Below are positions 12,365 to 25,854 of a stretch of 54,037 nt of DNA, piece after piece. Source of the DNA: Squatina squatina (lineage: Eukaryota); assembly GCA_031763465.1 (NCBI GenBank), contig JARFOE010000192.1:14855458-14909494 (forward strand), read 5' to 3'. Every line of letters begins with the position of its first letter. Within the stretch, counting starts at the first letter, position 1. The position numbers and the translations under genes are program-made. The notes beneath the pieces were generated by a model that worked only from the letters and a program-made list of their open reading frames with translations, was not told the origin of the DNA and searched no databases.

Positions 12365-13418
12365 GGGGGTTAAATTAGGCCATGCAGTGCTTGTTTTCAG
12401 GCACTATGTGGCGTCCTAAGGCCCCAAAATGGTGGGCNNNNNNNNNNNNNNNNNNNNNNNNNNNNNNNNNNNNNNNNNNNNNNNNNNNNNNNNNNNNNNN
12501 NNNNNNNNNNNNNNNNNNNNNNNNNNNNNNNNNNNNNGGTCAGCCTGCAGGAGTTGGCAGAGTTCATTCAACACTTCCTTTCTGAAACACATTCTATGAA
12601 GGCATTGTTCGTCTGTCATTGGTAAGTAGCTGAATCAGCGTCTGTAGACTCTGTGGGCACACCTCCTTCGAGGTGGCCTTGGCCTCCGCCCTCTAGGAGG
12701 GGGTTGCAATGGCCTGGGCTGTGCCACCAGTGGTGCAGGTGGCTCTGGAGGTCAGGTGGTTGTGGTTGGTCTGGTTGAGGATCTGCTGTTTCCTCAGCCC
12801 TGGCCTCATTTACCTCNNNNNNNNNNTGCCCCGCCCCATATCTATCTGCCTGTCTAGAAGTTCTCCTCTGTTCCTGACGGTGCACATGTGATGTTGTATG
12901 AGTATCCATTCGACCGTGAGTGCAGCACCCATGGCGACTGGGGCTGAAATCTGCAAGATGGCCAAAGCTCAGGGCAGACCAAAGAGAAGTCAGCACTGAG
13001 CCCGAGTGAGGCTTTAAAGTGAAAAGTCACATGATTTGATCGATTTATGGAGCTACCAGAAGTGAGAATGAACCCCAGCCCCAGGGCTTTCATTTGAGCT
13101 CAAAGTTCAGAGTTGACGCACGTCAATGCCCAAAAAAAAAGGGCATTGACACCGCTAAATTTAAGACACTGTAGCCTTGTCTAATTCTACAGCAGGTGGC
13201 CATTTTGGGTGTTGCACCCACTGATGATGTCATCGAGACACTCTTAACGCTGAACTTTGTAATTGTGGCCTTAAGGGGTTAGCGCCTGTTTAGCGCCGGC
13301 GTTAACAGGAGATGAATTTCGCGCCAAAATGTTTTAACGCCAAAAATTGCCATTAAGCCCTTAACGCCCATTTAGCACCAGTTTAGCGCCAAAAGAAAAT
13401 CACAAATTGGGCATCCTA
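12365..13418 (-). mobile_element. Degenerate PIF/Harbinger transposon remnant
   Basis: Minus-strand MTDEQCLHRMCFRKEVLNELCQLLQAD (12538-12619) resembles the N-terminal region of Harbinger/HARBI1-like transposases; GC-rich flanks with short subterminal repeats (ttaacgcc, tttagcgcc). Confidence 0.6.
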
Positions 13419-13530
13419 TATGTTTTGAGTTCTGTCACTCAGTGTCTGAGTTTTCTGAACTAAAGGCAATTCTTCACATAAAATTGAGGGCATCAATAAC
13501 ACATGATCTAATCAGGTTATAACTAATGCA

Positions 13531-14576
13531 GATTACATAGGATACATGGCACAGAAACAGGCCATTTGGCCCAACCAGTCCATGGCGGCGTTTATCCTCC
13601 ACTCGAACCTAGTCCTGTCTTTCTTCTTCTAACCTATCAGTATAACCCTTTATTCCCCCTCCTTCATATGCTTATCTAGCCTCCCCTTAAATGCATCTAT
13701 ACTATTTGCTTCAACTATTCCCTGTGGTAGCGCATTCCACATTCTCACCACTCTCTGGGTAAAGAAATTTCTACTGAATTCCCCATTTGATTTCTTAGTG
13801 ACTATCTTGTATTGGTGGCCTCCAGTTGTGCTCTTCCTCACAAGTGGAAACACTCTCTCTGTATCCACTCTATCAAAACCTTTCATAATTTTAATTAGGT
13901 CATCCCTCAGTCTTCTCTTTTCAAGAGAAAAGAGACCCAGCCTGTCGATCCTTTCTTGATATGTATACCCTTGCATTTCTGGTATCATCCTTGTAAATCT
14001 TCTCTGCATCCTCTCCAGTGCCTCTCTATCCTTTTTATAATATGACGACCAGAATTGTATGCAGTACTCCAAGTGTGGTGTAACCAAGGTTTGGTACAGG
14101 TTTAGCATAACTTCCCTATACCCTAGCGCNNNNNNNNNNAGATGCCTTTGTTCCTCTACCCCACCCAGACTCGTGACCTCCCTATTCTTCCTACCAAAAT
14201 ATACCTCATATTTATCTGTGTTGAATTTCATTTGCCAATTAACTGCCCATTCTGCAAGTTTATTAATGACTTCCTGTAATTTGTTGCAGTGCTCCTCAGT
14301 ATTAACCATCTTCCCCCCACTCCCCATCCCCAGATTTGCTGTCCTCCGCAAATTTAGAAATTGTTTTGATTCTAAAGTCTAAATTGTGAATAACAGTGGT
14401 CCTAGCACTGAACCTTGTGGAGCACCTTCTTCCACTGTGAATAGTTACTCTTTGCCACTCTCTGCTTTCTGTCTTGAAGTCAGTTTGCAATCCATTCTGC
14501 TACTTGTCCCCTGACTCTGCATTCCCTGACCTTATCCATTAGGCTATTATGTGGTACCTTATTGAAGGCCTTTTGG
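13531..14576 (-). mobile_element. CR1 LINE, 3' part of ORF2 plus tail
   Basis: KAFNKVPH, WQMKFNTDK, LYQTLVTPHLEYCIQFWS, LERMQRRFTRMIP, FFTQRVVRMWNALP, FKGRLDKHM. Confidence 0.93.
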
Positions 14577-14676
14577 NNNNNNNNNNNNNNNNNNNNNNNN
14601 NNNNNNNNNNNNNNNNNNNNNNNNNNNNNNNNNNNNNNNNNNNNNNNNNNNNNNNNNNNNNNNNNNNNNNNNNNNN

Positions 14677-14990
14677 GACGGGTGGCCATTTTGGGCGGTG
14701 CGCGCACTTATGACGTCACAGTGCCGCGATAACTCTAAAGCCAGTGCCTCGAGCTTTATGGGCCTTGCGCCCGTTACGGGAGCCGAATTTTGCGCCCGCG
14801 TTTTCGCGCCTAAAGTGCCTTTACGCCAGTTACGCGCCGATTTCGCACTAGAAGTTTTACCTCGAATTGGGCACCCTTAGTCCCCAGTGCAAATTGGTCC
14901 CTCCTTCCAGTGCAACCATTTTCAGCGACTGTTAACCCGAGGCCGCGGTGACATCAGCAACTTTCGTGTCGCAGTCCAATTTCTAGGCCC
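14677..14990. mobile_element. CpG-rich putative MITE/DNA-transposon end
   Basis: CpG-dense block ending 'caatttctaggcccc', the reverse complement of the 'ggcctagaaatt' motif at 33026. Confidence 0.45.
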
Positions 14991-15532
14991 CAGACTTCAT
15001 GTAATAAAATGGTGATGGGCTAAAGTAGCATATTGGAGTTTTTCCCCCATTGGTTTTGAAACTGAAACTTGTTTAACATAGGTCTAAATAACTTACTCAA
15101 ATGCAATTCATGCTTAGTGGTTTGTATTGTGATTCCAAAAACATTCAGTAGTGACAGTATCTGAGTTAAATACTGCACTTTGAATACAATATTGATAAGT
15201 TTTCTAGTACTAATTTCCCAGAGATGATGAATGAAAACACAATCTAACTCTGATAAGGCAGCTATTGGCAAGATTGAGAATTTTTTGTGGAACAGTTTAC
15301 AGATTCAAGGGAGCTTTGACTGGAGAGGATTTCGTTCCTGGATTCTTGGACAAAATGTTTTCCCTGAGTAGGTTGTCCTATTTAAAGAACTTGTACTGTA
15401 TGATATCATAGGAATTAATCTCTTAATGAGAATATTTTGGGACATCAACTTGCATATCACAACTACATAAAAACGTTGTTCAATTGCTATAAACATGAGA
15501 CTAATAATATCTTTTTAAATTGTGTTTTACAG

Positions 15533-15655
<123 letters not shown>

Positions 15656-16072
15656 TAACTTTTTAATTCAGCAATTTATTAGACTGCACCTTGAAAATTT
15701 CCGCTAGCAAATTTCTGATGATGCTTCTTGTGGTGAATTGGAGGATATCCTATTTTATAAGTGTTATACAGTGCAACACACAATGTTGTATAATATAATA
15801 TATCGTGTTTGTCAGTATAACACACAATGTCTTATAAAATACAGGAGTGCTATACAATGCAATGTGCAATATGTTGTATAATCCAGTCCCGTATGCTTTC
15901 TTTTCTCCTCGAGGCATATCAAATAGACACAAAGATTGTGTAAGGAGTGAGTAACCAGTTGTTCTGGTCAATGTGGGAGCCAAAGGTAAAGAAAGACCTG
16001 GCATCCTGCAAGATGAATTTAGATTAGAAAAATCTTAGGGGTGGTAATCTTAGGATTACTTTCCCAATGTAC

Positions 16073-16557
16073 TAGAATAGAATCAAAAAATAGTACAGCA
16101 CAGAAACAGGTCCTTCGGCCCATCGAGTCTGCGCCAGCTCTTTCGAAGCACAATCCAGTGAGTCCCACCCCGCTCTTTCCCCCTAATTCCTGCAATTCTT
16201 TTCTCCAAGTATTTATCCAGTTCCCTTTTGAAGGCTGCTGTTGAATCTGTATCCACCACCCTATCAGGCAGTGCATTCCAAATCCTAACCACTCGTTACA
16301 TAAAAAGGTTTTCCTCATGCCACTTCTGGTTCTTTTGCCAATCACCTTAACTCTGTACCTGCTGGTTATCAACCTTTCAGCCATTGGAAACAGTTTCTCT
16401 TTATTTATTCTATCTATACCTTTCATGATTTTAAAACCTCTATCAAATCTCCTCTTCGCCTTCTCAGCTCTAAGGAGAACAAACTCAGCTTCTCCAGTCT
16501 ATCTATGTAACTGAAATCCCTCATCCACTCTAGTAAATCTCTTCTGTACCCTCTCCA
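16073..16557 (-). mobile_element. CR1 (HER1-like) LINE 3' end
   Basis: ERVQKRFTR, RLEKLSLFSLELRRRRGDLIEV, VRIWNALPDRVV, AFKRELDKYL, and tail 'gactcgatgggccgaaggacctgtttctgtgctgtac' on the minus strand. Confidence 0.9.
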
Positions 16558-16678
16558 NNNNNNNNNNNNNNNNNNNNNNNNNNNNNNNNNNNNNNNNNNN
16601 NNNNNNNNNNNNNNNNNNNNNNNNNNNNNNNNNNNNNNNNNNNNNNNNNNNNNNNNNGCCACTTATTCTAATTACAAG

Positions 16679-16761
16679 AGAAAATAAACTTTTTACTGAG
16701 AATGAAATAAGGAATATTGTGTTCCAAGTGCTTTCTGGCTTGGTGTTTGTACACAAACATG
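16679..16761 (+). CDS. MAK: MAK kinase-domain exon (83 bp)
   Basis: acaag|A GAA AAT AAA CTT...AAA CAT G|gtaaga gives (R)[27 protein letters not shown](G); phases join both neighbouring exons. Confidence 0.88.
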
Positions 16762-16810
16762 GTAAGAGTCTTTCTGAAAATCATGAGTGTTTAAAATTTA
16801 TTGATACTAA

Positions 16811-17062
<252 letters not shown>

Positions 17063-17509
17063 TAAGTGCAATTTTATATAAGAAACTAAACATTGAATGA
17101 AAAGATATTCATTCTTCTTTAACCATGTGTATAAGGGATTATTTGAATAATCACATACTTGCTTGTTAAAGCAGATCTTTTAAGGGTTGAGAAAAGTAAA
17201 GGCCCAAATAGGGAGCAGATATCCGGTTTGTCTTATTTATTTTAATCAGAATTGCAGGGAGAAAAAGGACTTTTATGAACTTGGGNNNNNNNNNNNNNNN
17301 NNNNNNNNNNNNNNNNNNNNNNNNNNNNNNNNNNNNNNNNNNNNNNNNNNNNNNNNNNNNNNNNNNNNNNNNNNNNNNNNNNNNNAATGAGTCATGGTCT
17401 CAGATGCAGGCAGTGGAAATGCTTCTCTCATGGTGCTGATGAGGGGATACTTGGAGGAGTGCAGAACCCACACCTGCAATACAACGAGAAAGGCAGTTTA
17501 TGAAATGAG

Positions 17510-18732
17510 GAAGACCCAGGTGACTCCATTATTTAAGAAGGGTGGGAGAGATAAACTAGGAAATTATAGGCCTCTTAGTCTAACAATAGTGGTGGGGAAG
17601 TTATTAGAATCTGTTATTAGAGACAGAGAGAGCCAGTATGGATTTGCAAAAGGTAAGTCATGTCTAATGGACCAAGTTGAATTTTTTGAGGAGGCAACAA
17701 ACATTGCAGATAAGGGAATGTCTACGGATGTTATTTATATGGATCCACAAGGCATTCAACAAGGTTCCACATAAGAAACTATTAACAAAAATGAGACCAC
17801 ATGGAATTGGAGGCAACCTATTGGCTTGTATAGGGAATTGGTCAGGAGATGGGAGACAGAGAGTAGGGTTAATGGGTATGTACTCAAATTGGNNNNNNNN
17901 NNTTTTACTATACTTACAAATGATGGATGAAGCAATAGAGAGCCATGTATCTAAGTTTGCTGACAAGTTAGATGGCACAGTAAATAGTGTAGATGGGAAC
18001 AGAAAGGTGCAAAGGGACATTGATAGATTAGTAAATGGACAAAACTGCTGCAGATCGCGTTTAATGTGGGAGTGTGTGAGGTCATCCACTTTAATGCCAA
18101 GCAAGATGGATCAGAGCATTTTCTAGCTGGCAGGAAGCTAGGAACTGTGGATGAGGAGACCGATTTAGGAGTCGAAGTGCAAAAATCACCAAAAGTTAGT
18201 GGACATATTTTTAAAAAGGCTAATGGAATGTTGGCCTTTATCTCCAGAGGGCTGGAATACAAAGGGGTGGAAGTAATGTTGCAGCTGTACAGGGCCCTGG
18301 TCAGATCCCACCTGGAGCAGTGTTCAGTTCTGACACCGCACCTCAAAAAGGATATCTTGGCCGTGGAGGGGGTGCAGCACAGATTCACCAGAATGGTAAA
18401 GATATAGAAGATTAAGGTTGATATAACGAAGATGTTTAAGATGATTCAAGGATTTGATAAGGGAGCGAGAGAGAGCAAGAGAGAAAGAGAAACCATTTCC
18501 TCTGGTGGGAGAATCCAGAACAAGTGGTTTTAACCGTAAAAATTAGAGCTAGATCGTTCAGGGGTGAAGTCAGAAAGCACTACTTCTTGCATAGGGTAAT
18601 GAAATCTAAAACTATCTCCGCAAAGAACTAGGCCAATTGAAATTTCAAAACCATAGTTGATAATACACTTGCCCAACAAGAAACTAAGGGCTATGGAACC
18701 ACGGCGGATAGATGGAGTTAAGCTATAGATTA
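17510..18732 (+). mobile_element. CR1 LINE ORF2 (RT), degenerate
   Basis: VTPLFKKGGRDKLGNYRPLSLT, SQYGFAKGKSCL, KAFNKVPHKKLL, VSKFAD, LYRALVRSHLEQC. Confidence 0.93.
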
Positions 18733-18832
18733 NNNNNNNNNNNNNNNNNNNNNNNNNNNNNNNNNNNNNNNNNNNNNNNNNNNNNNNNNNNNNNNNNNNN
18801 NNNNNNNNNNNNNNNNNNNNNNNNNNNNNNNN

Positions 18833-19030
18833 AGGCGGTGGAAATGACGGAGGATGATCCGTTGAATGTGGAGGCTGGTGGGGTGGAAGGTGAGGACTTG
18901 GGAGTCCCTATCGTGGTTCTGGGAGAGAGGGGAAAGGGTGTGGGCAGAAGTATAGGAAATGGAACAGACACGGTTGGTGACGTCAACCACAATGGTGGGT
19001 AATCTTCAGTTGAGGAAAAAGGAAGACATT
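18833..19030 (-). mobile_element. Penelope-like element ORF fragment
   Basis: Minus-strand HDRDSQVLTFHPTSLHIQRIILRHFHR resembles the LVLTFHP motif between the RT and GIY-YIG domains of Penelope/Poseidon elements. Confidence 0.7.
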
Positions 19031-19256
19031 AATTTGCTGATCCAAGGCTGCTGGTACTGGTGTTATAATTCCCAGAACCACAGTACACCTTCTCCAGGTT
19101 TTTTTGTGCTGTCAATAACCTTAATGGTCAATTCTTGACAGTTACCTCTGATGAGACACTGCTCTGAAAAAAAAATGACATCTTGTACCAGTCATTATAC
19201 CATAATCAGCCTGCAAGAAGACCAAAGTCAAAGTGTGAAAACATATTTTTACTCAC

Positions 19257-19419
19257 CATCATGGTGCAATAATGATCCCTGATCAATTTTCTTTTTCATG
19301 TTATACAGCTGAATAGTTTCATCTTTACTGCCCGTTGCCACATATTGATCATTTACAGCCACAATAGTTAAAGAGGCCGTGTGAGCATGATGGGTAAAGT
19401 CAGCTTCTGGATCCCAGCT
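19257..19419 (-). CDS. PAK1IP1: PAK1-interacting protein 1 (WD40, Mak11-like), internal exon (163 bp)
   Basis: Minus strand ttttag|AGC TGG...GAT G|gtgagt gives SWDPEADFTHHAHTASLTIVAVNDQYVATGSKDETIQLYNMKKKIDQGSLLHHD(G), matching recalled PAK1IP1 ADFTHHAHTASL..TGSKDETI. Not in the ORF track; expected by synteny. Confidence 0.93.
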
Positions 19420-19706
19420 CTAAAAAGGGCAAACAGCACAACTTCTCTCAATAATTTATAAGAGTAGAGTACTCAGTATTTCTCAACAGTAGTGGACATT
19501 TCCAGATTAAACTTCAAGTATTTATTATNNNNNNNNNNNNNNNNNNNNNNNNNNNNNNNNNNNNNNNNNNNNNNNNNNNNNNNNNNNNNNNNNNNNNNNN
19601 NNNNNNNNNNNNNNNNNNNNNNNNNNNNCATTTATCATTGTTGTACTATGTGTTTCTTTTGATTAATATCTATATAATCCTAATTTCCTTTGGTTTAAAT
19701 GTACAG

Positions 19707-19759
19707 CCCAAGAAATTCAAGTTAAATTATGCAACCTATGGAAAAAAACCAGATGCAGG
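19707..19759 (+). CDS. C6orf52: TRNAU1AP/SECp43-like protein (C6orf52 orthologue), RRM1 end and linker exon (53 bp)
   Basis: gtacag|CCC...GG|gtaagt gives PKKFKLNYATYGKKPDA(G); compare TRNAU1AP KRFKLNYATYGKQPD. Confidence 0.88.
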
Positions 19760-20057
19760 GTAAGTCATTTTTTTTGTCCATTTTAACTTTCTCTTTTTTC
19801 TCCTTATTTCATTATTTTTCATTTGCACAAAGTTTCATCAGGTGCAAGAGTAGACTAGTTGGAGACAACACACTTTTTAATTCTAATAATGGAAGTTAAG
19901 AGAATTCTAATTCAAGTAATTATGAAACGACAACCCTTCAAAAATTTGTAATTGATTTGTGCCTGTGATACAGACATCCAGCACAATGGGTATTTTTTTT
20001 TGTTCAAAATGATCTTTGTGATATTATCTTTTTAACAAAATGTACTCCTGAAGATAC

Positions 20058-20286
20058 TAACTAGCATTACACACTCTAAACTATAGTCGAGCATTACACA
20101 CTCTGCAAACTACACCAGCACTATGCACTCTAGAAACTATAAATTGTTACTATACATTTTGCAAACTGGCACTGCACACTATAAAAACTATAAACTAGCA
20201 CTGTACAAACTCCAAACTAGCTACACAATATACACACTATACAAGCTATAAACTAGCACTGCACATGATACAAACTATAGACACTA
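20058..20286. repeat. Degenerate AC-rich tandem repeat
   Basis: Recurring 'aaactataaactagcactgcacact'-like units. Confidence 0.55.
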
Positions 20287-20287
20287 C

Positions 20288-20470
20288 GGGGGCAAAATTG
20301 GACAGTGCCCAAACGGGACGCTGCATTCGAGGCCTCCTTACCGTGGGAGCGCCGGACAGGTAGCGAAGTGCGCTGACCTGGAATTGGGCTCTTAGCCTCA
20401 ATTCCGGGTCAGCTCAATGTGGCAACGCTAAGGAAGCATTGCCACAGCACCGAACCAGCACTGACTCGGC
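20288..20470. mobile_element. GC-rich putative DNA-transposon/MITE end
   Basis: Begins 'gggggcaaaattg', whose reverse complement 'caattttgccccc' ends the GC-rich block near 47026. Confidence 0.45.
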
Positions 20471-20570
20471 NNNNNNNNNNNNNNNNNNNNNNNNNNNNNN
20501 NNNNNNNNNNNNNNNNNNNNNNNNNNNNNNNNNNNNNNNNNNNNNNNNNNNNNNNNNNNNNNNNNNNNNN

Positions 20571-20760
20571 GAGGCAGAAACCATCAACTCTTTTAAAAGG
20601 TACCTGGACCTGCATCTAAAGTGCTAGAAGCTGCAGGGCTACAGACCGGTTGCTGGAAGGTGGGATTAGAATGGGCAACTAGTTGTTCTTCGAGCCAGCA
20701 AGGACACGATGGGCCTAATGGCCCCCTGCTGTGCTGTATCCTTTTTATGGTTCTCTGTTT
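20571..20760 (+). mobile_element. CR1 LINE 3' terminus
   Basis: EAETINSFKRYLDLHLK followed by the tail 'gacacgatgggcctaatggccccctgctgtgctgta'. Confidence 0.75.
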
Positions 20761-21076
20761 GGAGGATCAGCAATAAGAAGCCATCAATTTAAAATTGATA
20801 CAGAGAATGAAAAGAGGGGCTAGGAGAAATTTCTTTCTGTAAAGAATTGTTAAAGCATTTGTTAAAGTAATTAATGTGTTTTTGTTTGGATTAGTGTGTT
20901 TTTTAGTATTAAAGTGTTTTTGTTAGTGTTAGTGTGTTTTTATAGAATGTTTATAGTTACACTTCTAAAGAAACATTTCCAAAGTGCCTCGTCTTTCTAA
21001 GATCCATTGTTGGAATACAGAATTTATAGCCTTTGATTTCAGCTTCTTTTTCACTGCAACATGTCTTATTCAACAG

Positions 21077-21208
21077 CCAGGAATATTCCATATTTGTGGG
21101 CGATCTCTCTTCTGAAGTTGATGATTTTCATCTGTATGATTACTTTGTGAAAAAATATCCATCTTGTAGAGGTGGAAAAGTGGTGACAGACACATCTGGA
21201 AACTCGAG
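21077..21208 (+). CDS. C6orf52: TRNAU1AP-like (C6orf52) RRM2 exon (132 bp)
   Basis: caacag|C...AG|gtactg gives [43 protein letters not shown](R), with RNP2 IFVGDL. Confidence 0.92.
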
Positions 21209-21639
21209 GTACTGTAACTGCTGTGTGATATCAATGCTTAAAGTTCTTGTACACTTCTACAGAGGCCTGAGCAGGAAAGACTTCTCAGCAAACTGCAATT
21301 ATCAGTGTAATATATTTGACTTAGTATTAAGGACTTTGAAAGTCAGTAATAACTTAATGATTATTAAATGGCCATATTGTCATGTGCTATGAAACAGCCC
21401 TTTATTTATAAACCACAATGGCTAATGAAAATCGTGCCACACATTGAATAAGAACGTTCTTTCTGTCCCAGCTAGGATTAACAAGGACACCAAATACTTG
21501 GACTGATGGTACCTCAGATGTAAAGTAATAACTCTAATATTACGTGGTTCAAACTATTTACAATATGTTGATTCAAGCCAGTTCATATCATGAGATGGGC
21601 TGCAATGTTAACAGTGCTTTGTTCTTTTTCTTTTGTCAG

Positions 21640-21759
21640 AGGTTTTGGGTTTGTCAGGTTTTCTGATGAAGCAGAACAGAAAAAGGCTTTGGAAGAATGT
21701 CAGAACAGCAAAGGATTAGGAGGAAAACCCATTCGAATAAGTATAGCAGTACCAAAAAG
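21640..21759 (+). CDS. C6orf52: TRNAU1AP-like (C6orf52) RRM2 exon (120 bp)
   Basis: tgtcag|A...AG|gtaagc gives (R)[39 protein letters not shown], with RNP1 RGFGFVRF. Confidence 0.92.
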
Positions 21760-21879
21760 GTAAGCTGTACCACCCCAGCACAGGTAGTGGAACAACAAAC
21801 CTTATGGGTTTGAAGAAGGAACTGAACAGATTCTGGTCAACAAATGGGATTCAAAATTATTAGAAGTGAGCTTCTAACC

Positions 21880-22248
21880 CCCATATCTTCTACATCTCCA
21901 AGACCGCCTATTTCCACCTATATCAGATCCCCCATCTCTGTCCCTGGTTCAGCCCAACTTCTGTTAAAACTTTCATCCATGCTTTTGTTACCTGAAAACC
22001 TGACTATTCCAATGCTCTCCTGGTCGGCCTCCCATCTTCCACCCTCTGTAAGCTTCAGCTCTAAATCTCTGATGCCCATATCATGATTTGCAGCAAGTCC
22101 CATTCACCTATGAAACCTGTGCTTGCTGACCTACACTGTCTTCCGATCCAGCAACGCCTCACATTTAAAATTCCTATCCTTGTGTTCAAATCCGCCCCGC
22201 CCCCCACAGCCTTGCTCCCTCTATCTCCATGACCTCTTCCAGATCTAC
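21880..22248 (+). mobile_element. L2 LINE ORF2 3' fragment
   Basis: 'ttcatccatgcttttgttacc...gactattccaatgctctcctgg' (IHAFVT..DYSNALL) and 'gctgacctacactgtcttccgatccagcaacgcc...tttaaaattc' (L2 LHWLP region). Confidence 0.75.
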
Positions 22249-23206
22249 NNNNNNNNNNNNNNNNNNNNNNNNNNNNNNNNNNNNNNNNNNNNNNNNNNNN
22301 NNNNNNNNNNNNNNNNNNNNNNNNNNNNNNNNNNNNNNNNNNNNNNNNCTGCAGCCAAATAGTGGACACTCACTTTCAAGGTTCAGGCATGAAGAATGAC
22401 CACTTGAGTGAGAACCATACCCCAGCAAGATGTCAATCATTTTAGGAGATGCGGAACAAACAAGGGGGGAGAAAATTAGTGGAAAAAGGAGATAAACAGC
22501 ATAATCAAATTTCATAAACTGGCACATAAATTTGGTTCTCAAATAATTAAATCCTGCATCCATTTTTTTGTTCTCACAATGCAGAAATCTTGTAATTCCA
22601 GAGGAATCACTGGATTTTTCTACAATAATAGTCTACTTATGGCATCATACCTCCAGTCCTGCAGTTCCCTTTATCTTTTATGCAAATTACATTGAGGGTG
22701 AGCTGAATCGGCTTCCCACACATTCATACAGCATAAAGGATATTGATTGGATTTCTAATTATGCATTATGTAATTGTTTTGCCCCACGTTGCCTAAGAAT
22801 TTGAGAGTGTGTGGAATAAAAAAAAATTGAACTTCATTTTTTTTTCCTTCACAACTCCATTGGATCATTTACAAGACTCGGGGGCTCTGAAATTATTGGA
22901 CCGCTAATACACATCTCAATTTGGTGTGCCAAACATCTACTTTGTGATTAAATCCTGCAAAAGAATGAAGCAAAACCTGTCCAACCCATACTTCACCTCC
23001 ACACATTGATGTAAAACTCTTTATTTTTCACGGGAGCATTTCCTTTTTTTTACAATTAAAATTATATCTCTACGACAAATTAAACCTGAGTGGGTAAAAA
23101 AAACTGGAAGATAATGAAGTGAAATGAGAATGTGATTTTTTTTAAAGAAAATTTATCCAAAAATGGTGTGAAACAGGCATGTGGAATTTGTGATGAGATT
23201 CATTAG

Positions 23207-23401
<195 letters not shown>

Positions 23402-25838
23402 AAAGCAATTTCAAGTATATTTTTGTAAATGCTAATACCTGAAAGTATTCTTTTTAAAGTAGGGCTATTTTGATTTCCATTGTATGTTGAGTTGTCTGAC
23501 TTCTGAAATATCAAATTACAGACATCTCAATGTCTTAAACTAAGACTATTTGATTTGTTGCAACTTATTTTCAATNNNNNNNNNNNNNNNNNNNNNNNNN
23601 NNNNNNNNNNNNNNNNNNNNNNNNNNNNNNNNNNNNNNNNNNNNNNNNNNNNNNNNNNNNNNNNNNNNNNNNNNNAATTAGATTTCACCACACTCTCTAA
23701 ATTGAAGCCCCTTTTTTGTAAAAACAGTGGTTGAATGCCAACCATTAAAAAAAGACTTTTTAAATAAGATTTAGTTTTAAGAAACTGTATACATCATTTG
23801 AAACAAACTTGTAGACAGTAATTTAAGTTATACAATAACATGCAATTTCAGTATGTACAGATGGCAAAGCCTGGAGCAAACCAAATTAGAGACGCAAATA
23901 TTTTTTATGGTTATTTACAGTTTTCATACATCAAAATGTTTTTTAAATTATACAATACTGGAAGAGCACAGGGGGAACTGCCACAACATTCACTCCTTTA
24001 CAAAGACAACTATGTACAGGCACTCAACACTCACATTAATTCATAATTTGTTCAGAACCGTGTGTGCATGAAAACATACTGAGCAATTGGAGTTTAAACT
24101 GGACAGCAAAGACTCTGAGCAGTTTAGCTAATGCACACAGAAAGGAATGGTTTAAACTCCAATCTGAAGGAGCTGAACATCAACAGCATCAGTTTCTAAA
24201 TGAGTTGAATTACAGGTTTGGCTAAAATGCTAGGGAAAAACAACAAAATCCACTGTATGGTAGTTGGTTAGTGGGCAATGGCAGTTTAAAGACAAGCTTA
24301 AAGTTAATGGCAACCTTTCCATTCTTTGTAATTCTACTAAGGTCATTGCTGGAACTTCCTTTTCATTCAATGTAAGAAATAATAAAAAAATTAGAATAAA
24401 TCATTTAAGTTTGTCTTAATATTCATACCCAAATCCTGACTTTGTAGTAGAGTTAGGTGCAGATTAAGAGCAAAGGCCTCGGGTTTATACAGCCACTGCA
24501 TCTGAGGTCAAGTACAGGACTGGCACATGTAGGATGAGGTTATTAGAATAACTGAGCATGTATATTCTGGCTGCTGAACTTCAGCATGTTGATCATATTA
24601 GAAAATATTCCATCTAGAGCAGTGCTGCCTGGTAGTTTCATCCCATTCACAGCTGTTGTCTGGGCTGGTATACAGTCACACACATACTTCACTATACACA
24701 ACTGAACGGCTCATTTGATTTACACCACCATTCACCTTTTTCCCTGTTCAAAATGACACACTCAATATGGGTATATGTAAAGCGTCTTTCTTGAAAAGTG
24801 CAGCCACATGGGTAATATATAATACAAATCGACATCATCAGATAACTTGGACACAGGCCCTTTCTTTCAATATCCTACATTAAAGTACTTTCTCAAGCGA
24901 AAGAGACCCTTGTTTAATCCTCCCATGTCCAGTCTATTATACTGTATAAAGCTCAACTGTCTTGGGTAAAATCATTCTTGCAAGTTTCTAAAATAGGTTC
25001 TGATTGAATATTAGATGCTGCAGCCTCTGTAGCTCTGTAACCTTAACATGGTGCTATGAATCAATAATTCAATTTTTTTTAAATTAGTAACTTGTAAGTG
25101 TAATAAATTTATTCTGCTAGACCAACAAATTGTATATGTGAAGAAGTTTCTTACATACACAAAGCTCACGATGTACAATCTGTGTACTGAAGAATCCCCT
25201 TCATTTACCAGTGCAAGAGCATCTTTAAACAAACTGTAAATAGTCTGTTATTTGTGCTNNNNNNNNNNNNNNNNNNNNNNNNNNNNNNNNNNNNNNNNNN
25301 NNNNNNNNNNNNNNNNNNNNNNNNNNNNNNNNNNNNNNNNNNNNNNNNNNNNNNNNNNNNNNNNNNNNNNNNNNNNNNNNNNNNNNNNNNNNNNNNNNNN
25401 NNNNNNNNNNNNNNNNNNNNNNNNNNNNNNNNNNNNNNNNNNNNNNNNNNNNNNNNNNNNNNNNNNNNNNNNNNNNNNNNNNNNNNNNNNNNNNNNNNNN
25501 NNNNNNNNNNNNNNNNNNNNNNNNNNNNNNNNNNNNNNNNNNNNNNNNNNNNNNNNNNNNNNNNNNNNNNNNNNNNNNNNNNNNNNNNNNNNNNNNNNNN
25601 NNNNNNNNNNNNNNNNNNNNNNNNGGATGTGGCACATCTGATCCAATCCCTGGAGGGACATGGTGACTCCTGAAGGTCAGGAGATTGGTAGACAATTGGA
25701 AAGTGTCCATTGCAGTAAATATCTGACACACAAAGGCAATTAAGAAGAGTTCAGTCCTGGTTGGGTTTAATGGGCACCTGTACAGTCCTAGCACTTCGGT
25801 TTTTTGTAAGACTCCCTGTGGTTGTATGCAGTAAACAG

Positions 25839-25854
25839 CTAGGGCCTGTGAAAC
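25839..25854 (-). CDS. PHACTR1: PHACTR1 terminal coding exon ((R)FHRP*)
   Basis: Minus strand tctcag|G TTT CAC AGG CCC TAG, the conserved PHACTR C-terminus. Confidence 0.9.
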
